The notes beneath the pieces are model-generated. The model was not told where the DNA came from. It made no database searches and saw only the letters and a list, made by a program, of their open reading frames with translations. Below, one piece after another: positions 39,156 through 50,411 of a stretch of 64,000 nt of DNA (the stretch's first letter is position 1; every line of letters starts with the position of its first letter). Made by a program: the position numbers and the translations under genes. Origin of the DNA: an uncultured Alphaproteobacteria bacterium (GTDB lineage Bacteria; Pseudomonadota; Alphaproteobacteria; Sphingomonadales; Sphingomonadaceae); contig CAWHJH010000005.1 of assembly GCA_963829625.1 (NCBI GenBank), positions 1,861 to 65,860 on the forward strand, read 5' to 3'.

Positions 39156-40447
39156 AGCGGCTCGACCGGAACCTCCGGCGCACGATGCGCGATGCGAGCG
39201 CGACCCGCCGAGAAGGCGAAGAAGCACAGCGCGGCGTAGCAGAGCGCCGGCACGATGAAGGCGGTCACATAGTCGCTGTTCTGCGACACGAGTCCGACGA
39301 GCGGCGGGATCGCCGCTCCCCCGATGATCGAGAAGCAAAGGAACCCCGACGTGGCCTCTTCGGAGGCTGTCGAACGCTCAAGCGTGATCGTGAAGATCAC
39401 CGGGAACATGATCGAGTTGAACAGACCGATCGCAAGGGCGACGTAACCGGCGCTGACGCCGCCAACCGCGAAGACGTAGAGGCACATCGCCGCAGCGGCG
39501 CCGGTGAATGTCGCAAGCAACGCCGGCGCCGGAACGCGGGTCAGAAGGCCCGATCCGACGAGACGTCCCACCATCGCGCCGCCCCAGTATAGGCTGACAT
39601 ATTTTGCGGCGTCCTCCAGCGGGACGCTCCAGACGCGGTCGCTGTTGAGGAAAAAGGCCATCTGCGTGCCGATCGCCACTTCCGCGCCGACGTAAAGGAA
39701 AATGGCCAGGCCGCCGAACAGGGCCCACCGCGACGACGCCGCATCGCGCAACGTGGCCAGTACGCCACGCCGTGCGGTCTCGTCCGAGGTTGCCGGCGCC
39801 GAGGCGCCGATCACCCGCCGGCCCATCCAGATGACGACGCCGACCAGGATGATCAGCCCTGCAATCCAGAAGAAGGCGCGGTCGATGCCGAGCAGCGACT
39901 GCTCGCGAACCGCATCCGTGATTGCGGTACCTTCCTTCACTTCGACGCCCTTCAGGAAGAGCACTGCGCCCAGATAAGGCCCGATGAAGGTGCCGAGACT
40001 GTTGAACGTCTGGCTGAAAGTCAGTCGGAAGTGGCTGCGCTCGGGCGGGCCAAGCGCGGCCGCAAGCGGGTTTGCAGCGACCTGCAGGATGGTGATTCCG
40101 CTGGCGAGCACGAAGAGCCCCAGCAGTACGAGGGGATATTCGGCGATGTTCGCTGCCGCGAGCATGATCATGCAGCCGGCGACCATGAGGCCGAGCGCGA
40201 TCAGGACCGTGCTGACCGCCTTCTTGCGCGACAGCAGCACTGCGGCAGGAAGGCTCATCACGCCATAGGCGATGAAGAAGGCCGAAGCGCTGAGCTGCGC
40301 TTCCACGTCGCTCAGCTGGAAGATGCCCTTCACCGCCGCGACCAGCGGGTCGACCAGCGAAGTGATGAATCCCCAGGCGAAAAACAGGCAGGTGACGATC
40401 GCGTAGGCGCTGGTCACTGTTGCCGAACGGCTATCCGATTGCGCCAC
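39152..40447 (-). CDS. FucP/GluP-family sugar MFS transporter
   Basis: LFFAWGF, LQVAANP, SQTFNSLG, YVGAEV, YWGGAMVGR, NSIMFP. Confidence 0.92.
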   Translation of the reverse strand: MAQSDSRSATVTSAYAIVTCLFFAWGFITSLVDPLVAAVKGIFQLSDVEAQLSASAFFIAYGVMSLPAAVLLSRKKAVSTVLIALGLMVAGCMIMLAAANIAEYPLVLLGLFVLASGITILQVAANPLAAALGPPERSHFRLTFSQTFNSLGTFIGPYLGAVLFLKGVEVKEGTAITDAVREQSLLGIDRAFFWIAGLIILVGVVIWMGRRVIGASAPATSDETARRGVLATLRDAASSRWALFGGLAIFLYVGAEVAIGTQMAFFLNSDRVWSVPLEDAAKYVSLYWGGAMVGRLVGSGLLTRVPAPALLATFTGAAAAMCLYVFAVGGVSAGYVALAIGLFNSIMFPVIFTITLERSTASEEATSGFLCFSIIGGAAIPPLVGLVSQNSDYVTAFIVPALCYAALCFFAFSAGRARIAHRAPEVPVEPL

Positions 40448-40574
40448 GCGACACCCTCCAAAATTACGGCGGCGCCTTCGTGGCAGGGAAGAAAAGCGGC
40501 TACAAGGGAAGAATGACGTTCGCGGAACCAGCTGACTGCCAGCCACTTCTGCACCACGAACAAGGAGTATACGG

Positions 40575-41183
40575 TTGATCGCCGAGGACCATCGCCAGTT
40601 GATCGACACCGTTGGCGCCTCGCCGCTCGCGATGGTGGTCAGCAATCCACGGCTGGCCGACAACCCCATCGAAGTCGCCAACCCGGCGTTCTGCAGCCTG
40701 ACCGGCTATCCCGAGGCGGACATCGTCGGGCGCAACTGCCGCTTCCTCGCCGGAGCCGCCACCGAACCATGGGTCACAGACCAGATTCGCGACGCCATCC
40801 GCGATCGGCGCCCCGTGCTCGTCGATATCCTCAACTACCGCAATGACGGTACGCCATTTCGCAACGGCGTGATGATTACTCCCTTGTTCGATCCCGAGGG
40901 CGGTCTCGCCTGGTTCCTGGGTTCCCAGGTCGATCTCGGGGAACCGTCCGCCAATCGATTGTCAGGCCGCCAGGCGCGCGCTGCCGCCATCGTTGTGGAG
41001 CTCCCTCGGCGCCAGCATCAGGTGCTCGAGCTCATGGCCAGCGGCCTGCTCAACAAGCAGATCGCGTGGGAGCTGAAGATCAGCGAAAAAACCGTGAAAA
41101 TGCACCGGGCGCTACTACTCGAGCGGCTCGGCGTTTCCACGACCGCAGAGGCAATCCGCATCGCGGTGGAGGCCGGCCTCTAA
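40575..41183 (+). CDS. EL222-like blue-light LOV-LuxR HTH transcription factor
   Basis: GRNCRFLAG photoactive Cys motif, NYRNDGTPFRN, FLGSQV, SEKTVKMHR...RIAVEAG; AAGGAG SD. Confidence 0.93.
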   Translation: MIAEDHRQLIDTVGASPLAMVVSNPRLADNPIEVANPAFCSLTGYPEADIVGRNCRFLAGAATEPWVTDQIRDAIRDRRPVLVDILNYRNDGTPFRNGVMITPLFDPEGGLAWFLGSQVDLGEPSANRLSGRQARAAAIVVELPRRQHQVLELMASGLLNKQIAWELKISEKTVKMHRALLLERLGVSTTAEAIRIAVEAGL

Positions 41184-41444
41184 CCCATCGTCGCGCCGCC
41201 CAAAGGCTATATCGCTTTCCCGCATTCCCGGTCTGCGGTCGGATTAAAAGCTGACCCTGCTGCGCCTGCTTAAGAATTCTTCCGTTCCGGACGCGATTGA
41301 GACGAAATCTACCTTCCGGTATTATTTTACCCGTCGCCAAACAGGCGGATTTGCTTGACGAATCCCGCACCTGTTGCCATTGGCCCCTCCGACGGCGGCG
41401 CCAGCGTGGTGCCGCTTTCCCGTTTTTGAAAAGAGGCAAACGCC

Positions 41445-41924
41445 ATGAAGGCGCTGATGAAAACGACCAAGTCGGCCAAGCCGGCCGAGGTCGAGAAGAA
41501 ATGGCATCTGATCGATGCGGACGGGCTGGTTGTCGGCCGCGTCGCGACGATCATCGCCAACATCCTCCGCGGCAAGCACAAGCCGAGCTTCACCCCGCAT
41601 GTCGATTGCGGCGATCATGTCGTCGTCATCAACGCGGACAAGGTTCGCTTCACCGGCCGCAAGCTCGACCAGAAGGTGTATTACAAGCACACCGGTTATG
41701 CCGGCGGCATCAAGGGCATCACCGCGGGCAAGGTTCTCGAGGGCCGTTTCCCGGAGCGCGTGCTCGAAAAGGCGGTTGAGCGCATGATCCCGCGCGGCCC
41801 CCTTGGGCGCGACCAGATGCGCGCCCTGCACCTCTACAACGGCACCGAGCATCCGCACGGTGGCCAGAACCCCGAAGCTCTCGACGTCGCGTCGATGAAC
41901 CGCAAGAACAAGGTGGGCGCATAA
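41445..41924 (+). CDS. rplM: 50S ribosomal protein L13
   Basis: [29 protein letters not shown]. Confidence 0.98.
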   Translation: MKALMKTTKSAKPAEVEKKWHLIDADGLVVGRVATIIANILRGKHKPSFTPHVDCGDHVVVINADKVRFTGRKLDQKVYYKHTGYAGGIKGITAGKVLEGRFPERVLEKAVERMIPRGPLGRDQMRALHLYNGTEHPHGGQNPEALDVASMNRKNKVGA

Positions 41925-42511
41925 TGGCCGACAAGAAGTCCCTTTCCGATCTCGGCGATCTGACCAGCGCCAAGCCTGAGACTCCGGCAGTTCCCGAGAC
42001 GGTCGCTGACACCGCGGACGCTGGTGAAGTTGCCGCAGAGCCGACTCCGGCTGGAAGCGATCAGGGCGCGTCGACCCAGGGCCCGCAGATCCAGGCAGTG
42101 CTTCGCGAGCAGCAGCTCGACAAGCAGGGCCGCGCTTATGCGACCGGCCGCCGCAAGGACGCCGTCGCGCGCGTCTGGCTGAAGCCGGGCTCCGGCAAGA
42201 TCGTCATCAACGGCCGCGAGCAGGAAGTCTATTTCGCTCGCCCGACGCTGCGCCTGATCATCAACCAGGTGTTCGACGTTACCGATCGCCGCGATCAGTA
42301 TGACGTCGAAGCGACGGTCAAGGGCGGCGGTCTGTCGGGCCAGGCGGGGGCCGTCCGGCACGGCATCTCGACGGCACTGACGCGCTACGAGCCGGCGTTG
42401 CGCACGGCTGTGAAGCGCGAAGGCTTCCTGACCCGCGACCCGCGCGTTGTCGAGCGCAAGAAGTACGGCCGCGCCAAGGCACGCCGCAGCTTCCAGTTCT
42501 CGAAGCGCTAA
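41924..42511 (+). CDS. rpsI: 30S ribosomal protein S9
   Basis: [22 protein letters not shown]-terminal FQFSKR. Confidence 0.98.
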   Translation: MADKKSLSDLGDLTSAKPETPAVPETVADTADAGEVAAEPTPAGSDQGASTQGPQIQAVLREQQLDKQGRAYATGRRKDAVARVWLKPGSGKIVINGREQEVYFARPTLRLIINQVFDVTDRRDQYDVEATVKGGGLSGQAGAVRHGISTALTRYEPALRTAVKREGFLTRDPRVVERKKYGRAKARRSFQFSKR

Positions 42512-42534
42512 TCGCTCTCAATAAGCGTCACGCG

Positions 42535-42568
42535 AAAGGGCGGTCCGGAGCTTCCGGGCCGCCCTTTT
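42535..42568 (+). terminator. Rho-independent terminator of rplM-rpsI
   Basis: AAAGGGCGGTCCGG-agctt-CCGGGCCGCCCTTTT. Confidence 0.88.
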
Positions 42569-42704
42569 CATTTCTGGGCGGGAAGCGAACCTGAGCGCAA
42601 ATTCGCTGTCACAATCGTCACATGTAGTAGGTCCGGGTTTCTCCGCATGGCTACGGCACGACACCCATAGCAAGACCTCATCCGCATTTATCCGGAGACA
42701 ACCG

Positions 42705-43575
42705 ATGCGATCATACGGGTGGGCAGGTGGGCTGCTACTGCTTCTTTTCGGAGGCACGAGCTTGCAGGCAGAGGTAGCCGGTCAGGCCACCGATACGCGC
42801 TCAGACCGCGCCAGCTGCCGACCCATCCGCCACTGCCCAGCCCAGCGATTCAAGCAGCGGCGAAGCGTCGTCGACGAAAGCGGGCACCGACGAGAAGAAG
42901 TGGAAATTCGCCACCATAGGCTACGGCTGGTTCGCCGGAGCAAATGGCGAGACGGACGTGATCGGACCGGTCGAGCCGGTCGACCTTGACCTGTCGTTCG
43001 GCGATGTCCTCAAGGCGTTCAAATTCGCATTCATGGGCGCGGCCGAGGCTCGTCGCGATCGCCTGGTCATCCTTGGCGACCTCACCTTCATTCATCTCGA
43101 GGCGAAAGACGGAATCGGTATCCGCGATCCCGACTTCCTCGAGGCCGAGCTTGATTCACGGACCGCGGAAATCACGCTGCTCGGCGGCTATCGCGTACTG
43201 AATGAGGGACCGGTCAAGCTTGATCTGCTCGCCGGTGGGCGAATGAATTTCTTCAAGACCACGGTTCAGCTCGAAGGACCCATTCGCAGCGCCGAGGGCT
43301 CGGAAAAGCAAAAGTGGCTGGACCCGATCATCGCCGCGCGCGCCACGGCTCCGCTCGGTGGAAAATGGTCTATGGCCGTCTACGGAGATCTCGGCGGCAT
43401 CCTCTTCGGATCCGATATCACTTGGCAGGGAGTCGCGACCGTCGATTATCAGATCAGCCGCAAGATGACCGTCGGGGGCGGATGGCGGTACTTCAAGGTG
43501 AATTACGACGACGGCGACTTCCTCTACAACGTCGCTCAGAGCGGTCCGATGCTCGTCTTCCGAACCGAGCTTTAG
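42705..43575 (+). CDS. Outer-membrane beta-barrel protein (frameshift near 42797)
   Basis: Signal peptide in ORF 42705; continues KWKFATIGYGW...WLDPIIAAR...YGDLGG...GWRY...SGP in the next frame; alternating hydrophobic strands. Confidence 0.75.
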
Positions 43576-43664
43576 CTTGCGACGCCCGCTGGATTCCGGA
43601 CGAGGAAATTGCGATGCACCGTTGAATGCAATTTCACCGACATAATCTGTAGGAGCGGCCAGTA

Positions 43665-45983
43665 ATGATCGGTCCGTTGCGAAACACGGAGTTGCGCACG
43701 GGCCGAGCTTTCGGAAGTGCCCTGGCGGGCCTCGGCACATTCTGCTGGAAGCATGCGCGGTTGGTCGTTCTCCTGTGGCTGCTCGCCACGGTGACCGCTG
43801 CCGTCTTTACCGGCAAGTTGACCGAGCGGCTGCTAAGCGGCTCCGGAGACATACCCGGAAGCACCTCGCTGAAAGTCGACCATCTGCTTCGCTCGGATTT
43901 CGGACGAGGAGACGCCCAGAGCCTGATCCTGGTGTTCCGATCCGCGAGCATGGACCGAAAACCGACCGAGCTCTCGGCGCTTATCGACGATCTGAAGCGC
44001 CGCCTGACCACCGGCCTGCCGATCGAAACAGCGCTGAGCGAGCGGGACATCGACGACGCCCGGCTCATGCCGAAGGCGGGCAGCGGCCACCTGATCCTCA
44101 TCGAGCCGAGGACCCGCGACATGCGGGCGACCGAGCAGCAAGTCTCGAGGATTCGTGCTGCCTTACGGCCAGCGTTCGAGGCGGCCCAGGAGCGACACCG
44201 CGATCTTGAATGGGCCGTGACCGGAAGAGCCGCGCTGACCGAAGACCTCAACCAATTCGACGCCGAGGACACCGCTCGCGCCGAAATCCGCGCACTACCG
44301 CTGTCGCTGCTGATCCTGATCGTCGCGTTCGGATCGGTGATGTCCTCGATGCTCCCCCTCCTTCTTGCGCTTGCAAGCCGGACGGTCGTCCTGGGAATGA
44401 TCTTCGTTCTCGCCGGTTCGCTCGAAGTCGCGAACCTGGTCCTCAGCGTGGTGACGATGCTGTCGATCTCGCTGGGCATCGATTACTGCCTGTTTCTTCT
44501 CCATCGCTATCGCCGGGAACTTCAACGGATCGAGGCAGAAAACCCCGATATCCGGGGTCTGGAGCGCGACGAACTGGCGATGCGCATCGCGATGGCGCAA
44601 TCGGGCTCGGCGGTTTTCTACAGCGCCGCCATCGTTGCGATCGGAATAGGGTCGCTTCTCGCCACGCCCCTGATGCAAACCCGGTCGGTCGGCCTTGGGG
44701 CCCTGCTGGCCGTGCTGGTGACCCTTGCCGGGTCGCTTACGCTGGTGCCGGCCATATTGCGCCTGGTGCGGCCGGCGGTTCTGGAATGGCCCTCCCTCGT
44801 TTCCAGGTTTACGACGGGTGAGCGGTCCCGCCAGTGGTGGAGACGCTGGGCGAAGGTCGTCGAAAAGAAGCCGGCGCTGGCAATTGCCACCAGCCTTGGG
44901 CTTCTCCTCGCGATGGCTGCCCCCGCGCTGCACACGCGCATCGGCTTTCCCGAAAGCGAATTCCTGCCTCGCGAGCTCGAATTCTCCCGTGGGATGGAAA
45001 TGCTCGACGGGATGGGGCTGAGGGGGCTGTTGTCTCCTGTCATCATCGTGGTCGGCGACACTGAAGGACGGCCGGCGCTCAATCCCGACAGGGCGCCGCT
45101 CCTGGCCGACTTCGCCGCGCGGCTGGAACGGGAACCGGCCGTTCGCTTCGTCCAGGGACCGGTCGCTGCCTCGAAGGCGGAAGGCGCTGCGGGAACCGTC
45201 GGCGAGGCCGTCGGAGGCGCTCTCCAGAGAGACGCGTTCATCAGCAAGGATCGAAGCCGCCTGCTGTTCATCATCATTCCGTCCGGCAATTCGACCCTGG
45301 CGGAATTACGCGAGCTTTCCGGACGCATCCCGTCCTGGCTGACCGCGAACGGACTGTCCGTGGAGGTCGGCGGTCAGGCCCAATATTATGACGACTTCGA
45401 TAAGGCGGTGCTGGCGTCCTACCCGCTCACGGTCGGCCTGGTCCTGTGCATGTCGGCGCTGGCCCTGCTGCTCGTTTTCCGCGCGCCGCTCGCATCCGCC
45501 AAGGCCATCGTCCTCAATCTTTTCTCCGTCGCCGCGGGCTACGGGATCGTCGTCCTGGTCTTCCAGCTCGGCTACGGCTCCGAACTGTTCGGAGTAGCGG
45601 CGCCGACCGAAGTCGTCCCGGTCACGGTCCCGCTTCTGATCTTCTGCTTTCTCTTCGGCCTCAGCATGGATTACGAGATCTTCCTGCTCAGCCGGGTGCG
45701 GACCATCTTCGACGAAACCGGCGACAATGCGTGCAGCATCCGGGAAGGCCTCGCCGACACCGGGTCAGTGATCACCAGTGCGGCGCTCATCATGGTCGCG
45801 GTGTTCGGAGCGTTCGCCTTTTCCCGAGACGTCATTGTGCAGATGATCGGGCTGGGCCTTGCGGTGGCCGTGTTCGTGGACGCCACCGTGATCCGCTCGG
45901 CGCTCGGTCCCGCGCTCATGCAGGTCGCGGGTCGATGGAACTGGTGGCCCAGCCAAACCGCCCGCGGCCGCCATAACGGCTGA
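43665..45983 (+). CDS. MMPL/YdfJ-family RND-like transporter
   Basis: LGIDYCLFLLHRYRRE, FGLSMDYEIFLLSRV, TGSVITSAALIMVAVF, VDATVIR...WNWW. Confidence 0.92.
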   Translation: MIGPLRNTELRTGRAFGSALAGLGTFCWKHARLVVLLWLLATVTAAVFTGKLTERLLSGSGDIPGSTSLKVDHLLRSDFGRGDAQSLILVFRSASMDRKPTELSALIDDLKRRLTTGLPIETALSERDIDDARLMPKAGSGHLILIEPRTRDMRATEQQVSRIRAALRPAFEAAQERHRDLEWAVTGRAALTEDLNQFDAEDTARAEIRALPLSLLILIVAFGSVMSSMLPLLLALASRTVVLGMIFVLAGSLEVANLVLSVVTMLSISLGIDYCLFLLHRYRRELQRIEAENPDIRGLERDELAMRIAMAQSGSAVFYSAAIVAIGIGSLLATPLMQTRSVGLGALLAVLVTLAGSLTLVPAILRLVRPAVLEWPSLVSRFTTGERSRQWWRRWAKVVEKKPALAIATSLGLLLAMAAPALHTRIGFPESEFLPRELEFSRGMEMLDGMGLRGLLSPVIIVVGDTEGRPALNPDRAPLLADFAARLEREPAVRFVQGPVAASKAEGAAGTVGEAVGGALQRDAFISKDRSRLLFIIIPSGNSTLAELRELSGRIPSWLTANGLSVEVGGQAQYYDDFDKAVLASYPLTVGLVLCMSALALLLVFRAPLASAKAIVLNLFSVAAGYGIVVLVFQLGYGSELFGVAAPTEVVPVTVPLLIFCFLFGLSMDYEIFLLSRVRTIFDETGDNACSIREGLADTGSVITSAALIMVAVFGAFAFSRDVIVQMIGLGLAVAVFVDATVIRSALGPALMQVAGRWNWWPSQTARGRHNG

Positions 45984-45991
45984 TACCGGCG

Positions 45992-46414
45992 CTACAGAGC
46001 CCGCTTCAGGCCGTGCAGGCCCACAACGCGATTATCCTCCACGATCGGCACTGCCAGCACCCGGATCCAGCGGTTGCCCGCTCCTTCGGCGCTGATCTCG
46101 GCGTCAAGGATGAACCCGAATTTGCGCCCGAGCGCATAGTTGCGCACCCTTTTCAAAGCCTTTCTTGAAGGCTCGCTATAGCGCGCCACCGCCCACTGGC
46201 GTTCGACCGGATCTCCATTAGGCAGGCCAAACAGCTCGTAGACCTTACCGGACCAGGTCAGTCGTTCGTGATCGGCAATGTCGCAACGCCAATAGCCAAG
46301 CGCAGCATCCCTTGGAGCGCTGGCCAGTTCCGGTGCGTGTACGAAGATGTGGCCCTGTGAAAAGGCCCCGCCCGGCTCGCCGTAGAACAGGTCGTTTACG
46401 AGTGAGCCCTCCAT
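45992..46414 (-). CDS. Small PAS-like domain protein
   Basis: GYWRCD....LTWS..VYELFGLP...RWIRV fold pattern. Confidence 0.65.
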   Translation of the reverse strand: MEGSLVNDLFYGEPGGAFSQGHIFVHAPELASAPRDAALGYWRCDIADHERLTWSGKVYELFGLPNGDPVERQWAVARYSEPSRKALKRVRNYALGRKFGFILDAEISAEGAGNRWIRVLAVPIVEDNRVVGLHGLKRAL

Positions 46415-46610
46415 CGAAACAACCCCTGATCCTGGCCGGATGATGACAGAGAGGAGTTCCGGGCGCAAACGCCGCGCCGCCCCGACCTCCCGCTTCATGC
46501 ATGACCTTCATCCGTCATAACCCCGATTTCACGACGGATCGCGGGCCGTCATGGCGGGGGTTAGCGGACTGGACCGGGGTCGGGGGACCTGAGCCCTGGA
46601 GGACGATGAC

Positions 46611-46922
46611 ATGAAACGCCTGTTTGTCTCCGCCGCCGTCGCGAGCAGCCTTGCCCTGGGAGCTTGCACCAGCGATCCCTACAGAGACCATGTAGTTGCC
46701 AGCGGCGCTACCGGAGCGGCAATCGGCGCGGGAGCAGGCGCAATCGCGGGCTCAGTCATACCGGGAATCGGGACCGGCGCAGGTGCAGCCGTGGGCGGCA
46801 TCTTAGGAGGCATGGTCGGCGCGATCGTCGGAGATCGCCAATATTATCGCGATACCCGCGGCTATTGCTACTATGTCGATCAGCAAGGGCAGGTGCACTA
46901 CAATTACCAGGTGAGGTGCTAG
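46611..46922 (+). CDS. Glycine-zipper lipoprotein
   Basis: Lipobox LGAC; GAAIGAGAGAIAG / GAAVGGILGG repeats; GGAGG SD. Confidence 0.85.
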   Translation: MKRLFVSAAVASSLALGACTSDPYRDHVVASGATGAAIGAGAGAIAGSVIPGIGTGAGAAVGGILGGMVGAIVGDRQYYRDTRGYCYYVDQQGQVHYNYQVRC

Positions 46923-46965
46923 CCGCCGCAAGGGCTCGACTCCGATCACCGTCGCCAGTCAGCAC

Positions 46966-46979
46966 GGAAAGCGGACATT
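46966..46979. repeat. Partial hairpin-element copy
   Basis: GGAAAGCGGACATT is the reverse complement of 6185-6198. Confidence 0.5.
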
Positions 46980-47013
46980 CGCTCGGCGCTACTCACTGAT
47001 CGATCGAGAGCGA

Positions 47014-48282
<1,269 letters not shown>

Positions 48283-48288
48283 GGAATG

Positions 48289-49653
48289 TTAGCGCGCTGC
48301 CGCTTCGGGACCGTTGTTGACCAGCTTGAGGCGGGGCCCGCCGCCGACCCGCCCGCGGCCAAGCCCGACATAGTCGAAGCCGGCTTCCTCGGCCTCCGCC
48401 CGGTTGTAGACGTTGCGGAGGTCGACGATCAGCTTGCTCCGCATGGTCGAGGCGAACCGGTCGAGGTCGAGGCCGCGGAACTCGTCCCATTCGGTCACGA
48501 CGACCAGGGCATCGGCATCCTTGGCCGCTGCGTAGGCGTTCTTGGCGAACTCCACGCCCGGAAGCAGCTTGCGGGCATTGTCGGCCGCGACCGGATCATA
48601 AGCGGAGATGCTCGCGCCCTGCTCCAGAAGGCTCTTGACCAGCGGAAGCGACGGCGCGTCCCGCATGTCGTCGGTGTTGGGCTTGAACGCGAGACCGAGG
48701 AGAGCGATGCGCTTGCCTTCGGCGCTCCCGCCTAGCGCCTTCGCAACGCGGTCGGCCATGCTCACCTTGCGGTCATCGTTGACCTCGACAACGGTCTTCA
48801 CGATGCGCTGCTCTACGCCCGCTTCGTTGGCGGTCTGCAGCAGGGCGAGCGTGTCCTTGGGGAAGCAGCTTCCGCCATATCCCGGGCCCGCATGGAGGAA
48901 CTTCGGACCGATGCGATTGTCGAGGCCGATGCCGCGCGCGACGTCCTGCACGTCGGCATCCACCGCCTCGCACAGGTTCGCCATCTCGTTGATGAAGCTG
49001 ATCTTCATCGCGAGGAAGGCGTTCGCCGCATATTTGATCAGCTCGGCCGTACGACGGCCCGTGAAGAGGATCGGCGCCTGGTTCAGGAACAGCGGCCGGT
49101 AGATTTCGCGAAGCACTTCTCGGGCCCGCTCATCCTCGGCGCCAACGACGATACGGTCCGGAATCTTGAAGTCGCGGATCGCGGCGCCTTCACGCAGGAA
49201 TTCGGGATTGGACGCGACCGACGTGCCCGACGGTGCGCCCTCTTCGTTCAGGAGCTCGGTGATGCGATCGCCGGTGCCGACGGGAACCGTCGATTTGGTG
49301 ACGACCACGACGGGCCCCTTCAGCACGCGAGCCAGCTCGCGAACCGCTTCGAACACGTAAGTCAGGTCGGCGTGACCGTCGCCGCGGCGAGCCGGAGTCC
49401 CGACCGCGATGAAGACCGCTTCCGCGCCCTCGACGCCCTGTGCGAGATCGGTCGTGAAGCTCAGGCGGCCGCGCTCCGCATTCGCCTTCACCAGCGCCTC
49501 GAGACCCGGCTCCCAGATCGGCATGATGCCGTTCTTCAGCGCATCGATCTTGCCCGCATCCTTGTCGATGCAGCTGACTTCGTGACCGAAATCGGCAAGG
49601 CACGCGCCGGAGACGAGCCCCACATAGCCGGTGCCGATCATCGCAATGCGCAT
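48289..49653 (-). CDS. ugd: UDP-glucose 6-dehydrogenase
   Basis: GTGYVG, KSTVPVG, SNPEFLREG, GYGGSCFPKD, FKPNTDDMR. Confidence 0.95.
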   Translation of the reverse strand: MRIAMIGTGYVGLVSGACLADFGHEVSCIDKDAGKIDALKNGIMPIWEPGLEALVKANAERGRLSFTTDLAQGVEGAEAVFIAVGTPARRGDGHADLTYVFEAVRELARVLKGPVVVVTKSTVPVGTGDRITELLNEEGAPSGTSVASNPEFLREGAAIRDFKIPDRIVVGAEDERAREVLREIYRPLFLNQAPILFTGRRTAELIKYAANAFLAMKISFINEMANLCEAVDADVQDVARGIGLDNRIGPKFLHAGPGYGGSCFPKDTLALLQTANEAGVEQRIVKTVVEVNDDRKVSMADRVAKALGGSAEGKRIALLGLAFKPNTDDMRDAPSLPLVKSLLEQGASISAYDPVAADNARKLLPGVEFAKNAYAAAKDADALVVVTEWDEFRGLDLDRFASTMRSKLIVDLRNVYNRAEAEEAGFDYVGLGRGRVGGGPRLKLVNNGPEAAAR

Positions 49654-49795
49654 TTTTCACTCCTGAGGGGGTGGGCTGGCGCGTCTTAGACGCCACTTCG
49701 GTCCATTGCCAGACAAGCTGATCCAGCCTTCCATTTATGGGACGGCCTGCACTTTTTGTGTGAATGTCCGTTTTCACCGGGAGTAATGGATTGCC

Positions 49796-50365
49796 ATGAC
49801 AATCGATCTCGACCGCGCCGTACTCCTCCCCATCGACATGCAGCAGGCCTTCGACGCGCCGCCCTGGCCGCAGCGGTGGAACGACGAGGTGGATGCGAAC
49901 GGGCTGGCGCTTCTCGCCGCCTGGCGCGCGGCGAGCCGTCCGATCATTCACGTCCGCCATGACTCGGTTCAGCCCGGCTCGTCGCTCGCTCCAGGCACTC
50001 CAGGCAACGCGTTCCGTCCCGGCTTCGAGCCCAGGGCCGGCGAGCAGCTGGTCAGCAAGAGCGTCAACTCCGCCTTCATCGGGACCGATCTCGACCTCCG
50101 CCTCAAGCGCCTCGGCGCGAAGCATGTCGTCACGTTCGGAATCTCCACCGACATGTGCGTGTCGACGACGGTCCGGACCGGCGCGAACATGGGTTGGGAC
50201 ATGATCCTAGTTCCCGATGCCTGCGACTGTTTCGACCTGCCGGACGGCCAGGGCGGCAAGATATCCGCAGAGGAGGTGCAGCGGGCCCATGTCGCGACTC
50301 TGGCCTTCGAATTCTGCCGCATCGCCTGGACCGTGGAGCTGACCTCGCGGAAGGTTGCGGCCTGA
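49796..50365 (+). CDS. Isochorismatase-family cysteine hydrolase
   Basis: [20 protein letters not shown] (Asp/Lys/Cys triad). Confidence 0.9.
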   Translation: MTIDLDRAVLLPIDMQQAFDAPPWPQRWNDEVDANGLALLAAWRAASRPIIHVRHDSVQPGSSLAPGTPGNAFRPGFEPRAGEQLVSKSVNSAFIGTDLDLRLKRLGAKHVVTFGISTDMCVSTTVRTGANMGWDMILVPDACDCFDLPDGQGGKISAEEVQRAHVATLAFEFCRIAWTVELTSRKVAA

Positions 50366-50411
50366 GGCCTCGATTTCGCCCAAAACTTCCTATATTGGGC
50401 GCGCCTTCCCG

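Noticed and set aside
41190-41440. EL222 binding site or structured rplM leader in the intergenic region
   Set aside because: No convincing match to the EL222 consensus; the GCGGCGCCA...TGGTGCCGC hairpin and TTGACG hexamer are plausible but ordinary and unverifiable here.
41924-42110. Long acidic N-terminal extension of S9
   Set aside because: Variable N-terminal extensions are common in alphaproteobacterial S9.
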